From NCBI GenBank assembly GCA_013265495.1, contig MU057989.1, positions 635,513 through 699,512 on the forward strand: a DNA stretch of 64,000 nucleotides, given 5' to 3'. Under the pieces are notes generated by a model. That model made no database searches, had not been told where the DNA came from, and was given only the letters and a program-made list of their open reading frames with translations. The position numbers and the translations under genes are program-made. Positions 1 to 13,000 of this stretch are shown here, in pieces (the first letter of the stretch is position 1; every line of letters begins with the position of its first letter). Source of the DNA: Vicugna vicugna (Eukaryota).

Positions 1-1785
1 GCAGCTCCATCCCTTATGGTCAGAGAATTAATGCACAAAGAAGGAACTGACATAAGCCTCTCTGCTGTTAATGTTATTCTAACTTCTACTTTCTTGCTGC
101 AAAAGATTCAAACAATAAAATGTGTGGAGCAAATGTGGGTGCTCCCCTGGGTTCTTGCTCGTGTCTCACCCCCACCCTAGACGGGTCATGGCCAGGGGCT
201 TGAGGGTGTGTCCCTCCAACTTGCCTTTCCACACATGTACATGTGCACAAACACACACACATGCACACATTCAATCAGACATGGACACAATGGTCACCTG
301 AAACACTTTTTAACCTAAATGGGACCAGACTGTATATGGTTCTGCACCTGTCTTTTTAAAGTATTATTAAATATATATCAAAACTCTTCCCATGTTAGTA
401 AAGTATAAATCTGCTTCATTCTTTCTGACAGCTTCATGATATCCCATAGTATGGCTGTACCCATAATTTATTTGGGCATTCTATGTTGATAGCTATTTAA
501 GTATTTCCACGCTTTCCCTTATACATATGTCTTTCTGCATATCTGCACAAGTGATTCTTTAGCTTGCATCATTAAAAGTGGAATTCTTAGGTCAAAGGTT
601 ATATAAATTTTTATTTTGATACATGCTACTAAATTACCCTATATTTGCCTTTAAAACATTTCTTACCTACCACCTGTTAATTTTGGGGGCACAGTTGCAT
701 TGTTATGTACTTGATACTTGTAAGTGGTGAATCATCTTCATCATGTTATATTAACTTCTCTTGTTAGCTGCTTTTTCTTATCTAGGCTCAGCTACTTTTA
801 TTTATTGCATTTCTTTTTTTCATAGGATAATTAGATGCTCTGATTTCCTTTCTCTTCCTTTAATCTTTAGCAGCTTCATGACATAAATGGATGCTACAGG
901 TTATGACTCCCGTTCTATTGATGGGAGCCAAGGCTCTGAGAAGTGTGGGATTGGCTCAGTAGAACCTCATGGGGCACTGGGGCTCCTCAGTCCTCCTGCT
1001 GACCCCTCAGACTGCAGAAGTAAGATCACAGGGTTCGCTTCTAAAGACAATAAATCGGTTCTTCAAACAACACAGGAGCTGCATTTTATCTGACCAGGGG
1101 AGAGTTTCTGTAAACCACTGTCAGTACTCCTCTCCAGGCCTGCCCTGAGTGAGCTCCTCCGAGCTGCCCTCACGGCCTTTCTCCCGAGGCCTTGCCCTGG
1201 CATCACAGTGGCCCTTTCTCAGTCTTCGGGTGTGGGTGCAGCTCTCTGCCTCCATCCAGGAAGGACAGCCCCTGACTTTTGGCAGAAGTCACATCGAGAC
1301 AGCATTGCCTTGCAGAGGAGGGGTGGGGAATCACTTAGATAATGATGGTGTTTTGAAAGGTGAGCTAGTGTGATACTTTTTTTTTTTTTTTTACTTTTTG
1401 ATGCTGAGGCCTAGCTCCAAGTCCAAGCGGCATCGGTCCATAAAGGGAAAATGTATTCCTTTATTCAACAGGTAGCACGTCTGTTCATGCATGTACACTA
1501 GTGATGGGGTTCAGTGATGCTCCCTAAAACACGTACAGGATGCATGTTTATTTTTCTGATTTATGTTTTGTGCTTGTAGCTGGTTGTCCTCTTCCTCTTT
1601 GTCAGAGTGAAATACAGAAAATCGATGACCTTTTTTGACAGTTCTGATTAGTTGGATGCTACTTAAGTCCACTTTTTAGCGTGATTCTCTCTCCCACTTC
1701 TCTGAAGGAAAGCAGATCGTGAATGCCATTCTCCTGCCTTGTTTTACAGGATTTCATAATCTCTTCACGCTTTTGTTCTCCTCAG

Positions 1786-1841
1786 GAAGACCCAGCAAGC
1801 GCGTCGTGGGCACAATGCAAGGTGGAGACTTGGACGACGAC
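1786..1841 (+). CDS. CLUAP1: CLUAP1 penultimate coding exon (56 nt, phase 1 to 0)
   Basis: ctcctcag|GAAGACCC...GACGAC|gtgagt; encodes (G)[18 protein letters not shown]. Confidence 0.93.
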
Positions 1842-2201
1842 GTGAGTCCCCACCCGCTCCCTGGCAGTGCTGTTGTATCCGGGCCTGGGCCGGCCTCGCG
1901 GACTAGGCTGGCCGGGGGGCCGGGCGCACATCACCAGCCTAGCGCCAGGTGCTGCTTCTCAGCCCAGCCTGTCACTGGGTTTGTGGCAGAGTTTGGCCTC
2001 CCGAGGAGCTGGACTCGTCTTTGCTTGTTGATGGCTCATTTCTTTTCTTTTCTTTTCAAATGAACATGCTTGCCCTACTTTTTTTTTTCCTTATTGTTCT
2101 TTCCATTCTTGCTTTCCAAAGATGGAAGCAGCACCAGCTCTCTTAGGTAAATGCAAGACTTCCAGCTCCAAGAAGCAGGTTGGTTTTTTCACCTCATCCG
2201 T

Positions 2202-2234
<33 letters not shown>

Positions 2235-5200
2235 TGCCGCTCAGGGACAGCAGAGGGGCTTCCCTGAGAGTGACGCCCTGTCTCCCGGGCAAGGAGCCAC
2301 TCAGAATGGGTTCCACAGTGAGTAGTGGGGTTGCCTAAAGATCCCTGTGCTCCTGAGGAGAAGGGATGAACACTGAGCCAAGAGACAAGATGGTCCTCAG
2401 GCCCTTGAGCTGTAACCTAGGAAACAAGGGGTGCTGCTGAGGGCCCGGGTTCAAGACCAGCCCTCTCTTGAGCTCTGTCCTGGGGAGGGAACATGAAAAG
2501 GAGGCCCTCCCGAGACCAGAGCCTCAGAGAGGCCGGGCAAGAGGCTGTGACATCAGGCTGGTACACTGAGCATCTTTGAGTGGATAACTGACTGGGAAAC
2601 CAATCAGATTGGGGAAAAAAGGCGTCCTCACCAGGGTCTGGTTGTTGGGGCTGCACCATTTATCGCTGTGGATCTGCCTTCTTTGTTGAGTCCCTGGTAG
2701 GGCCATGAGGCTCAAGAGGTAGAGGGTGACTAGACTGATGGGAGGTCACAGACCTCCCATCAGGCTGAATGCCACACATGTCTGGAGTGTGGCACAAGTG
2801 GCTGCCCACAGACAGAGCATGAGCTGTTGTTCTTGTACAAAAGATCCATTTACTAAGGACAGCAGTATATACTGTTACAGATATTCACAGGAGGGAGAGG
2901 TCACTCAGGTTTGCTGGGCAAGAGGCACAGAGGATAGGGCCCTGAATTCAGAGAAGACAGTCTATAGAGGTACAGAAACCACCTCAAAAAAATTTTAATA
3001 AAGCAGGGGATGGATGGCTAAATAGTTTCTATCCGTCCATCTTACCCATCTGAGACAAAATTAGGGCATGTCTGGTGTGGGCACTCGTGGTGCCTGGAGA
3101 GCAGTGTCTGGCCTCCTGCGATGTGCTTGGTCGTTCGTGTAGCTTTCACTTTCCTAGGTGAATGCCTTATCTGAAGCTTCAAATCTTTTCTATGCCTGTT
3201 GTCACTTGTTTATTTCAAGGAGGCTGTTTTCCCGCATCCCTCGGGGAGAGGAGCTCATCCTTCACCTGTCTACTCATTCACTTGACAGGTCCTTGTTGAG
3301 TGCCTGTTACGTGCCAGGCACCGTCAAGGGTTAGGGGAGGGCAGCAGTGACCAGAACAAAGCCCCTGTCTTCGTGGGGCTTACATTCTTACAGTCATCAA
3401 GCAGATCCATTAGGGGTCATAGTGGTACAAAGGAAAACAAAGCAGGTTCAGGGGACAAGTGATGGGGATGAGGGAGGAGACTGATGTCTTCTGACGGGTC
3501 GGGAAGGGTCTCTGATGAGGTGACATTGGGCAGAGACCCTAATGATAGGAGGGTCGTAGTACTGGGGAAGGGCGTCAAGGCCTGGGGAATGTGGCTCCTT
3601 CATTTGAGGACCAGAGGCGGCAGCGTGACTGGACTGGAGTGAGCTGAGGCAGAAGCAGTGGGGACCGTGCACAGCTTTGCAGGATGTGATGAGGGCTTGC
3701 GTTCCCTGGGAGCGCAGCAGGAGGGTGCTGGAGAATTTCGAGCCTGGGTTGCTAAGATCTGCCCCGCATTTCAGAGGAACGAGCCCAGGTTGCTAAGATC
3801 TGCCCCGCATTCCAGGGGAACAGGACGAGACGGGGAGCATTTGCAGGGGTCTGGCTCAGAGGTGAGGGTGGCGGTGGCTTAGCCTGAGGCGGTAGCTAGA
3901 GAGCATTGAGAAATGGTCAGATTCTGGATGTTTCTAAGTTAAGAACTGTCAGATTCTGTTAATTGTGCACGGGGTGTTAGAAATGCCTGGGTTGTGGTTT
4001 AATTGACTGAAAGCATGGTTTTCACTTCCTGACATGAGCAGAGCCGGGGGGTGGGGTGCTTGGAGAGCAGATCAGGAGTCTGGTGTTGGACATTCTAGGT
4101 GTGAGCTTCCCATTAGACACCCACATGCTGGTGTGGGGAAGCCGGCTGAAGTTCAGGTGTGGAGTTGAAGGGTCAGGTTGGGGCTGGAGGTAGAATTTGG
4201 GGAGCCATCCATATTCACGGTAGATGTGATGGCTTGGCGGGGGAGAGTAGAAAGGAAAGAAGAGAGGCCCAAAGCTGGCCCTGTATTACGGAGGTCGGGG
4301 GAGGACTCAGCAAGGAGGTGGCCCTGGAGGGCAGAAGAGGGGCCTCCAAGCAAGAAGGAGCATCCTGTTCTGATGCAGCCAGAGGTCAGGCAGGACAGTG
4401 GAGAATTACCCATAGGATTTGAGTCCTTAAATGTTTCTGTCCTGGGGGACCTGGCGGGGTGCCTGCCTGACCAGAGGGTGCTTAGGAGGCAGAGGGGAAC
4501 AGGCAGGGACGGTATGAGTTCAAAGCTCATTCAAGGACTTTGTGTGAGGCCAACAGAAGAACAAGGCAGAGTAGCTGGAGAGGAAGGTGGGATTGCATTT
4601 TAGAGTTTTTTATTTTGTGGAGTTTTTTTGTTTTTGTTTGTTTTGGGGGGAGTGATTAGGTTTATTTACTAATTTAATGGAAGTATTGGGGATTGAATCC
4701 AGGACCTCGTGCATGCTAGGCACACGCCCCACCACTAAGCTATTACCCCCGCCCCCCGTTTTGTGTTTTTAAGAAGAGGAAAGTTGCAGCATGATGTGTG
4801 CTGGTGGGAGCGCTCTCTGTGGAGTGGCCAGCCATCCTGGGTCACTTGGGATGCAGGACTTGCAGTTTTAAAAGCTGCCAAATTGGTTACCCTGATCTAG
4901 ATGATGAAAGAGAGAGTGTTTCTTTTATTTTGCTTTTTACGCCCATTTCCTGAGTGGCTTTCCACCCTTAGTCTGGCAAAAGCCAAGCTAAGCCCCCCTC
5001 CCCTGTGTCTCAGCCCCTGCCCTCCTTGCTGTCCACTGATGGGTCTCTGGGCTGCCAAGAGCAAAGCCGCATCCCGCGAGCTTCAGTGCAGCTCCTGAGA
5101 CATCCACGGGAAAGCCAGCTGCAGCGCCAACCTGGTTAGATGATATGTTTCTGTGTGTATTCCGGCCAGCAATAAGTAGACACTGGTCCCATTCTTCTGC

Positions 5201-5502
5201 AGCCACTCCTGACTGCTGCTCTGCCAAGCCCTTCCTTCGCATGGGTGTTGCTGGTTTTTGAGCTACTAGTGAAAAGGTGAGGTAGGGTCTCTGCTGACAT
5301 GGATATAGTAACAGGACGGGCTACTCAGCTGCACTTGCTGTCTCTCCTGTAGGAGGACTCGGAGGACAGTAAGATTGACGTGGAGGATGACGAGGAAGAC
5401 GACGATGACCTGGAAGACGAGAGTATTGCTCTGTCCCCAGCTAAGCCCAGTCGGAGAGTCCGGAAACCTGAGCCCCTGGATGAGAGTGACAATGACTTCT
5501 AA
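1786..5502 (+). CDS. CLUAP1: CLUAP1/IFT38 (clusterin-associated protein 1), 3' part only: last two coding exons join(1786..1841,5353..5502)
   Basis: Spliced translation ...[68 protein letters not shown] matches the acidic CLUAP1 C-terminus; GT-AG sites; synteny with NLRC3 and SLX4. Confidence 0.95.
2200..2234. repeat. (TG)13(AG)4 microsatellite
   Basis: Read directly from the sequence. Confidence 0.95.
3275..4600 (-). mobile_element. L2 LINE 3' remnant (approximate bounds)
   Basis: cattca...ttgagtgcctg..gtgccaggcac...gcttacattct resembles the reverse complement of the L2 3' end. Confidence 0.65.
4624..4757 (-). mobile_element. tRNA-derived SINE, Vic-1-like (camelid)
   Basis: Reverse complement TAGCTTAGTGGT...CTAGCATGCACGAGGTCCTGGATTCAATCCCC...AAACCTAATCACTCCCCCC with A-rich tail; A and B boxes. 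Confidence 0.8.
5353..5502 (+). CDS. CLUAP1: CLUAP1 last coding exon (150 nt including TAA)
   Basis: ctcctgtag|GAGGAC; 49 aa ending [12 protein letters not shown] at 5500-5502. Confidence 0.95.
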   Translation, partial: EDSEDSKIDVEDDEEDDDDLEDESIALSPAKPSRRVRKPEPLDESDNDF

Positions 5503-5609
5503 CCTTCTTGCCAAGGGACGCAGGCAGATTAAAACCCTCAGATTTGTAGAAATTAAAGGGTCAGAAGGAAACGTGCACTTTGTTCAATAAGCCAGCTGGA
5601 CTCATCGTT

Positions 5610-5615
5610 AATAAA
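5610..5615 (+). terminator. Candidate proximal poly(A) signal of CLUAP1
   Basis: AATAAA about 110 nt after the stop, followed by a GT/T-rich tract (ctgtgtgtttg). Confidence 0.55.
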
Positions 5616-6388
5616 GCAAAAGCCCTCTCTGCTTTAGCCTCCTGTGTGTTTGCTGCACAAGCTTAATGGGAGCTGGAGCAAGCCCCGCAGATGATTTCTT
5701 TTTTTCCTTTTTTGCCTTATTTGTCTCCTAAAACTTGGGAAACGTGTGTGTTCTTAGTGATTCACATGCACAGGACAAAAGCTTGAGAAATAACAGCCAG
5801 CGCTGTGTAGGTCTCGGCTGTTGCTTTCGTCACACGTTTCCTCCCAGCGTTGGCGCGACCTTGGCGTCCAGACCTGGGGCTTGGAACCGGGCGCAGGACT
5901 CGTTCTAGGAATAGTCGGGGAGCAGCTGACTATTAATCACATGTACAGTTTGGAACATTTATTTTATATCGGATAGCTTTTTATTCCAGCCTCTGTTTTG
6001 TTTGATAGTCTTATTTTCATTCTTCTGCATGCTCACAATACCAAGCTTTAAATGTATTTAACTAACTTAAAGTTTCTGAAAGGAAGTTAGCTAACTTAGA
6101 TGAAAACCAGCTTTCCTTGAAAATTGGGCAATGGAGAGATGCTCGCATTATCCAGACCCCATTTCCTCTCAGAAGACTGACATTCCCCCTTTGTAGAGAG
6201 CAAATTAAGGAAAAACAGTTGGTACAGATTTGTGTTTCTGCCTTAAAAAAATACACCAGCACCAGAAGAACTTCTCTCTTGTGAAATGAGAAGGAACAGA
6301 TAGGTGGGTTCGGTTCGGTTCTGTTTGTTAATATTGAAAGCACAGAGGAATGATAAAGTCAGAAGACGTCCAAAGTTCTTTCTCTCTT

Positions 6389-6394
6389 AATAAA
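6389..6394 (+). terminator. Candidate distal poly(A) signal of CLUAP1
   Basis: AATAAA in an AT-rich context with T-rich downstream sequence. Confidence 0.45.
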
Positions 6395-7479
6395 TGTACT
6401 TAATACCATATTTTATATTATCAAATAAGTTTTATTTGAAAGTAATGTTTTCACCTATAACATATAAATACTTATTCAAGAAAAATTCACAGGTTCATAT
6501 AGTACATGTAAATTTTGGGAGAGCATGTGGCAATTATTTCCATCATCTTTGCTTTTTTTCTGTCTTGTCTTAAATTTTACGTATACAATTACCCCTTTTT
6601 TAAGCAGTCAGCATTCAGTTAATTGACTAGTGATCTGAGATGTGACATCTTTGAAACAATAAGCTAAAAGGAAAGTAGGTGTATTGGGAGCCACATTAAC
6701 CACCTCAGGTGCCCTGGCTTTTAAGGCACAAGAGAGTCACTACATTTTCTTGGATGTTACAGCTTTGGTGTACCTGAGTCTGACCTTATGTTTTGAAAAA
6801 CAAAAAAATGTGTATTTCAGTTTTCCTTCTGTGATGCTTTCTCCTAATGGGCATTAACTTGGGAGCCCAACCCAAGCCCCAGATGACAACACATCCACAG
6901 GTAGGGGCAGGAGCTGCAGCGGGCAATTCATTGTTTCACTTGCTTCTTGTCATCCTTCATCCCTCATTAACTGACTGTGTAGAGTCTCACATAGTCTGAC
7001 ATTTCTATACTTGAGCAGCATCTGTCAACAAAGGAGCCTCAAGTAGCGATCATAGTTATTAATGTGTTTTCTGTCGCTCTCAAAGATCCAGGAGTCAGGT
7101 ATATGCATGTGCCTTGTGACTTGTGCCATTTGGTTTTGGTCAAGCAGCAGAGCAGATTGGGGCCCCAAAGGAGATCGTGTGATTAGGTCAGTGGAAAACT
7201 AGCATTTAGATCATTGCTGATAGTTTTCTTGGGTTTTGTTTGTTTTACTGTGTAACTAAAGGGAGAGAGGAAGGGAGGAGGGGAAAGTAATTGATAAAGT
7301 AGTTTGGATTAGGATTTATCTGCTACGCAGTTAACCATTTGGTTGCTGCTATTTAAGGTAAGAAGGCAAAGTTTATTTCACGCTTTTTTACACCTGAATT
7401 TCTATAGCGTCTATTATAGATAGGGCTCAGAACAGTTTCCTCGACTTGGGCATCGGGTAGAGTACTCAGAATACTGAGG

Positions 7480-8985
7480 CATTGCCTCAGAAGTTGGGCC
7501 AAAGTAGCCCTAGGCTAAAGGATGGCTGATCCTGGCTAGCAAAATTTAAAAACAAATTTTGAAAGGATCCAACTGTTTCTAAGTAATTGTGTCCCAGAAT
7601 AAAGCTCAAGAATGTTTTAAGTACTGTAAAGATAGTCAACATCCAAGAAGATAAAATTCCCAATGTCTGGTGTCAAAGCGAAATGTACAAGGCATGATGA
7701 GGAAAGTCAAGAAACTGACCAAGAAATGACCCAGAGATGACAGAGAAGGTAGGGAAGGACATTCAAACATTTATAACTATTCCATATAGTTGGATGGTGA
7801 AGCATGAGCATGTTGAGAGATACGGAAGATATAAAGTCTCAAACAGTACTTACAGAGATTAAAAAAAAATACAAGGGGGAAATTATGCAAGCCGAGATTA
7901 AGAGCAGATTAGACATTGCAAAAGAAAACATTACTGTCCCTGAAGACACAGCAATATAAATTGTCCAAAATGAAGAACAATAAAAGACCCCTCAAAATCC
8001 TGTTGTGTTGGTTATCAATTTATTGCCTCTGTTCAAATTCACCTTTTGGCTTGCCCTGCAATAATGGAGCTTTTCCTTGTCAGTAGCTCTTCTTTGCCAC
8101 CCAGAAAGGTGTTAAACCTTGTCAGTAGGGTGCTGGAGAGATTTTGGAGCAGGAAGGAAGGGGCTTTCCTTCCCATTCTAGTGCGGCTTGCTTTTGAAAT
8201 CCCTGGAGAGTACATTTTTTGTCCACTGCTTTGGCCCCTGAGGTTTCTCCAGTGAGGTCCTTACAAGGCACCACTTTCTCCAGCATTTGGCTACTGCAGC
8301 TCTTGCCTGTCAGGTTCTCAACTCAGAAACAGTGCAAACCAGAAGATGGTATAACAACATCTTGAAAGCACTGAAAGAAAAAACTCACCCTGGAATTCTA
8401 TACCCAGCAAAAATGTCTTTCAAAACCAGTAATCCAATAAAGACTACATAAGACCTACGTTTAAATGTCCCCAGTTTCCAAATAATGTTCTTTATAGCTG
8501 ATTTTTCCCTGTCTCCTCTAGGATCCAATCAAAAGATCTTAAGTTGTTATGACTCTGTAATAGCTTTCATTTAAAACAGTCTGCAGCTTTTTGTATTTTT
8601 TTCATGACACTGGCATTTTTTAAGAGGTCAGGCTTTTTGTTCTGTGTGTGTGTGTATGTGTGTGTGTTTTGTTTTGTTTTCCAGAATGGCCCTCTGGATT
8701 CTGTCTGACTGTTCCTTCATTATTAGATTCAGGTAAACATTTTTGGCAAGAATAATACAGCAGTGATGTTCCTTCAGTGCCTCACTTTGGCATCTATTTG
8801 TCCCATTATTGGTGATGTTAATTTTAATCACTAAGGCAGTATTTGCAAAGATGTCCCCATCTTTGAGGAACCTCCATAAATACCTCTCTGTGGTGATGCT
8901 TTGAGACTGTGTGGATATCTTTAACAGACTTTTCATCCATGGTTTTATCATTCAGTGGTAGTTCTTGCCCAAATACTCATTTTTT
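7480..8985. mobile_element. Old L1 fragments (5'/ORF1-like on +, 3'-like on -)
   Basis: L1 ORF1-like gaattctatacccagcaaaaatgtctttcaaa; decayed; bounds approximate. Confidence 0.5.
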
Positions 8986-9948
8986 AAAGAAACAATTGGA
9001 ACAATAGTTTCTGTTCAAATTTAAAAGTGATAATTAGTTTATAATTTTCATGTAAGCATTTTCCTTGGTTATGTAGTTGATGAGAGCCGTGACATCCATT
9101 TGGAATCTCTTTCCTTTCAACACAGACAGACACCTGAGGGCATTTATGCCACGTGGAAGCTCAGCTTACCTACCTTCATGGGGAAGCTGTAGCCATAGTA
9201 GTGGTTTGGGAGCCTAACATAGAATGACATTATCAAGGTATCGACGTTTAATGTGCTTTGATAACCAGTTTGCCAGACTCCAGATAACATGGCAGACATA
9301 ATCCATGTCTTTGAGAGATTTTGAAATAGATAAAAGATGGCAAAAATTTTGGAGAAATTTTTTTGGTCTCTGTCACCAGAATCCTATAATTAAAGCCTTC
9401 ATTCCTCTTTGAAAGTTTTTCATAATTTTTCCATATAACTCTTAAGGATCATACTCCTAAAACCTTTTCTTCTTGAGAAAAGAAAGAGGTCCCCTCTGTC
9501 ACCGATGCCAAATTGATACTCTTAATGGGCTTAAAGATGGCAGCTCATTTCAGAGTTGGGGGGTGGTTTTAACCAGGGCAGTGGAAGAGGGCAGTCATGA
9601 TACAGAAAGGGGCACATGAAGTCCTCAGGATATAAATAAGCTCAGACTGGTTTCTTACTTGCTGAGCTTTGAGGCCTGTGTCCCTGAGTCCCTTGGCGGG
9701 AGACCCTCCCTTCTCTATGCTACAGCAGAGTGTCCGTCTCTCCCTTGCCCAGACTGACCTAGGACCAGGAGAGGTCTTCATGTCCTCCTCTGGCAGCACC
9801 TTCAGGCCTCCTTGCAGGGGACCAGCTCTCTTGCGGGTCAGCATCATTCCCAGACCACCGGAAGACACCCTGGAAAATGGTCTTTTCCTTTGAAAGCTTC
9901 CAGCCATGTCCCTTCCTGTTCTGCTGCCTGGTCCACCAGGAACCGGTC

Positions 9949-10039
9949 TCACATTTCAACAGTGCATGAGGGAGCATTTGTCTTGATAGCCTCTGCGATC
10001 ATCCTGGCACCAGACTCCCCAATGTGGTTTCCCTGGAGA
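9949..10039 (-). CDS. NLRC3: NLRC3 last coding exon (91 nt including TGA)
   Basis: [29 protein letters not shown]. Confidence 0.96.
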
Positions 10040-13000
10040 CTAGAAGAGAAGGATTTGGATGGGGCTTGAGAAACTGGTCGAAGGGCTGGAGGCCTGAGGA
10101 TGCTCATCAGTAAAGAGCAGATGGTCACTAGGTAAAGTGCAGAACCCCATGCAAAACCTTCATGCTTCCAGGATCCCTCATATGGACAAGGCTCAGAAGG
10201 GCTCCCTCTTACACTATGTTCCCTTGCAGAGCTGCCGAGGGGCACAGGAGCCAGCTGGCTCTGAGAACTAAGCTGAAGGCAGGGCCTGTCCTGGCAGCGG
10301 TTCTAAGGGTGAGTGAGAACAGCAGGAAAGGGCAGGTGAAACTGAGCCCCACTCACTTGATGTGCTGGAGCCCGTGGTTTCCAGACAGTGCAGTGGCAAC
10401 ACATATCGCCCCATCCATCCCCAAGGAATTCTCTTGAAGACTAGGCAGAGAAAAGATGGAGAAACGACAGTGAGCCATTCAGGACAGATTTGTCCACAGG
10501 CACCATAGCCAGAGCGAGGCGCCATTTAACCCCGAGACCCGCGCCTACAAGTAGCCAGGTTTTCTCATCCGGGTGCCATAGAGGGCCAAAAATGCAGAAA
10601 TGAACAAACCCATCCACAGTACAGACTGTAGTCAGCAGTACAGTGTGAGCTGTCTGTATCTGGAAGGAAGAAGCTACAGAGGAAATCAGGAGCATCTTAT
10701 CCCAGAAGAGAAGCCTGGTGCTCTGTGCCACAGGTAGGTGTGTACAACCACTCACTTGAGCCTTCGGAGACTTGAGTTGACCTTCAGAGCATTTGCCAAG
10801 GCTTTGGCTCCAGCCACTCCGATGGCGTTTCCTCTTAAGCTGTTGGGGAAGACAGGAACCCTAAGGCACAGTGACAGCTGAGAGGTGAACGTGGTACCTC
10901 TTCAGGGGAACATGGGCTGCCTGGTAGAGGCAGCATGGACTGAGCAACCACACAGGGTGAGGTTGCCCTGTCCTCACTCCCAGGCACAGAATGGAGATCG
11001 GGCCTGGGGAGGGGGGACACAAGGAAGGCTGAGGTTTACTAGAGCCCTCATCCTCCACTTTCATCGCAAAGAGAGATCTGGGCTGAGACCAGAGAGACAC
11101 TCCATCCAGGGGTACCCATGTGCTCGGAATCACAGAACCACAGGAGCCATGATGACCTGGACACGTCTGAGAGCCCCTCAGAGCTGGAGGACCCCTAGGA
11201 ATTAGGATCTTCTTGCAACCTGAGATCAGTGGCCCCTAAACAGGGCCTGGGGACACAAGCAACCTGGGCAAGGCCAAGGAGAGGAGGACCAACAAGAGTG
11301 ACTCCCAGGAAAAGGGGTGCAGTGGGGCTGGGAAGCTGGGGCCTGCTTGGTCCACATGAAGATATTTAAATGATTTGTGAGTTCCCATGTACATTTTTTC
11401 CCCCATATCTATTTGTTTTGAATCAACAGCTTGTTTTTGAGGGGCAAAAGGCTGTAGCTGGAGACTGGAATACTTACTCGAGAATCTCCAAGGTTCTGTT
11501 CACCGCCAGGGCCTCCCCGAGCGCCTGGGCCCCCAGGGCACCAATGGAGGCCACCTGGAGACTGTAGGAGGAGATGCGGTCAATTCGGACAGGCAGGGCC
11601 TCTCTAGCCCTCACACCTGCCCCAGGCCCAGCTCCAGCCAAATCCACGCTTCGTTTCCACCACCCCTTGTTTTAGGTCCGAAAGTGGCAAAGCAACACTG
11701 AAAATTGTTGGCCCGTGGATGCAAGGAGCATTGCATCTCCTGCCTACAGTCTGGTGCCGGGCAGAGATCTGCGTGCTACAGATACAGAGGGTAGAGGTGG
11801 TCTCCTGGAGGGTTTGCAGGGGACACTCCCCAAGCCCCTAGTTCTTACTTTCTAGATGTCTGATGTCCCAGTTGCTAATATTAGGAGAATCAAACACACC
11901 TTCTTTGAGTGGGAAGCAAAATTGATGTTAAGTGTGAAAGGATGGTGAAGGCCGGCTTCCTGGGCTGCCGTGCGCATGAGGACTTACTAGAGAGCAGTGA
12001 GGGCCGTGTTTGCCTTCAGCGCACTGGCCACCGCAGAGGCGCCTTCATCCCCGATGGCGTTCTCCTGTAAACTGAACACAGAGCCTGACCCCTGGGCACA
12101 CGGGACACAGGGCCAGCACTCCAGCACGACACGCTGAGCTTGGACCTTGTAGATTTAAGTCAGACCACACACGCCCTAGTAGACCATACTCCCAGGGTCA
12201 CCCTGGGGACAGGTGTGCCTCCTGTGAGCCGCAGCAGCCCCCTGGCCTCCTAGTTAGCGTGCGGAGGGGTCTGGGGTCTGCACAAGTCTGCACCAGAGAC
12301 AAACCAGAGAAGGGACATGTGGAACTACTGTCAACAAGAGTTTGGACAAAAGTGTGCTTTTCAAAGGCAATCAGAAACTCAAAGCCCTCCATCCCTGGGC
12401 CGTTCTTGCTGGTCAGTGTTTTACTTCTTTTTTTCCTTCCACACTGGAGGAAAGTAGCAGGCACTGGAGCAGTAAGTGATTAAGAGTTCAATTCAAGTGG
12501 ACATTGTTTAAGGGAGCAGTTTGCATTGATAATTTTAACATTTAAGTGTGGTAGGTCCTAGCAAGCCCGGCTCCACCCTCTTGGAACTCAAGTGGGGGAC
12601 GGGGTATTAATGGGCAGTCGCCAACTGCAGGCTGTGGGGGGGACCCTGAGGCGTCTCCCTCCCCAGTGTGGTCACAGAGGCTGCCCAGCAGAAATAGGTC
12701 TAAACCAAAACCCGAAGGCGAGAGATAGGGGAGGCCCTCAGGAACCCAAAGAAATGGAGTTGAGTCGCTGGAATGAGGAATGAGGGTGAGGAGGTGCAAA
12801 GAAAGCAGATCTTTGGTGGCCTTGGAAGCCACGCTAAGGGTTGGACTTCCCTCTGCAGGCACCAGGCAGCCATTTAAATAGCTTATGCAGGATGGGGACA
12901 GACTTATGTTTGGGAAACATCTGTGACCAGCAGTATGAGAGGATGGACTGGATGTGGAGACAGCTGCAGTGATGCAGGTGAGTGATGCTAGTGGCCTGGA

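Noticed and set aside
1903..1942. 9-bp inverted repeat ctaggctgg / ccagcctag in a CpG-rich intron patch
   Set aside because: Too short to distinguish from chance; no miRNA-length stem or snoRNA boxes seen
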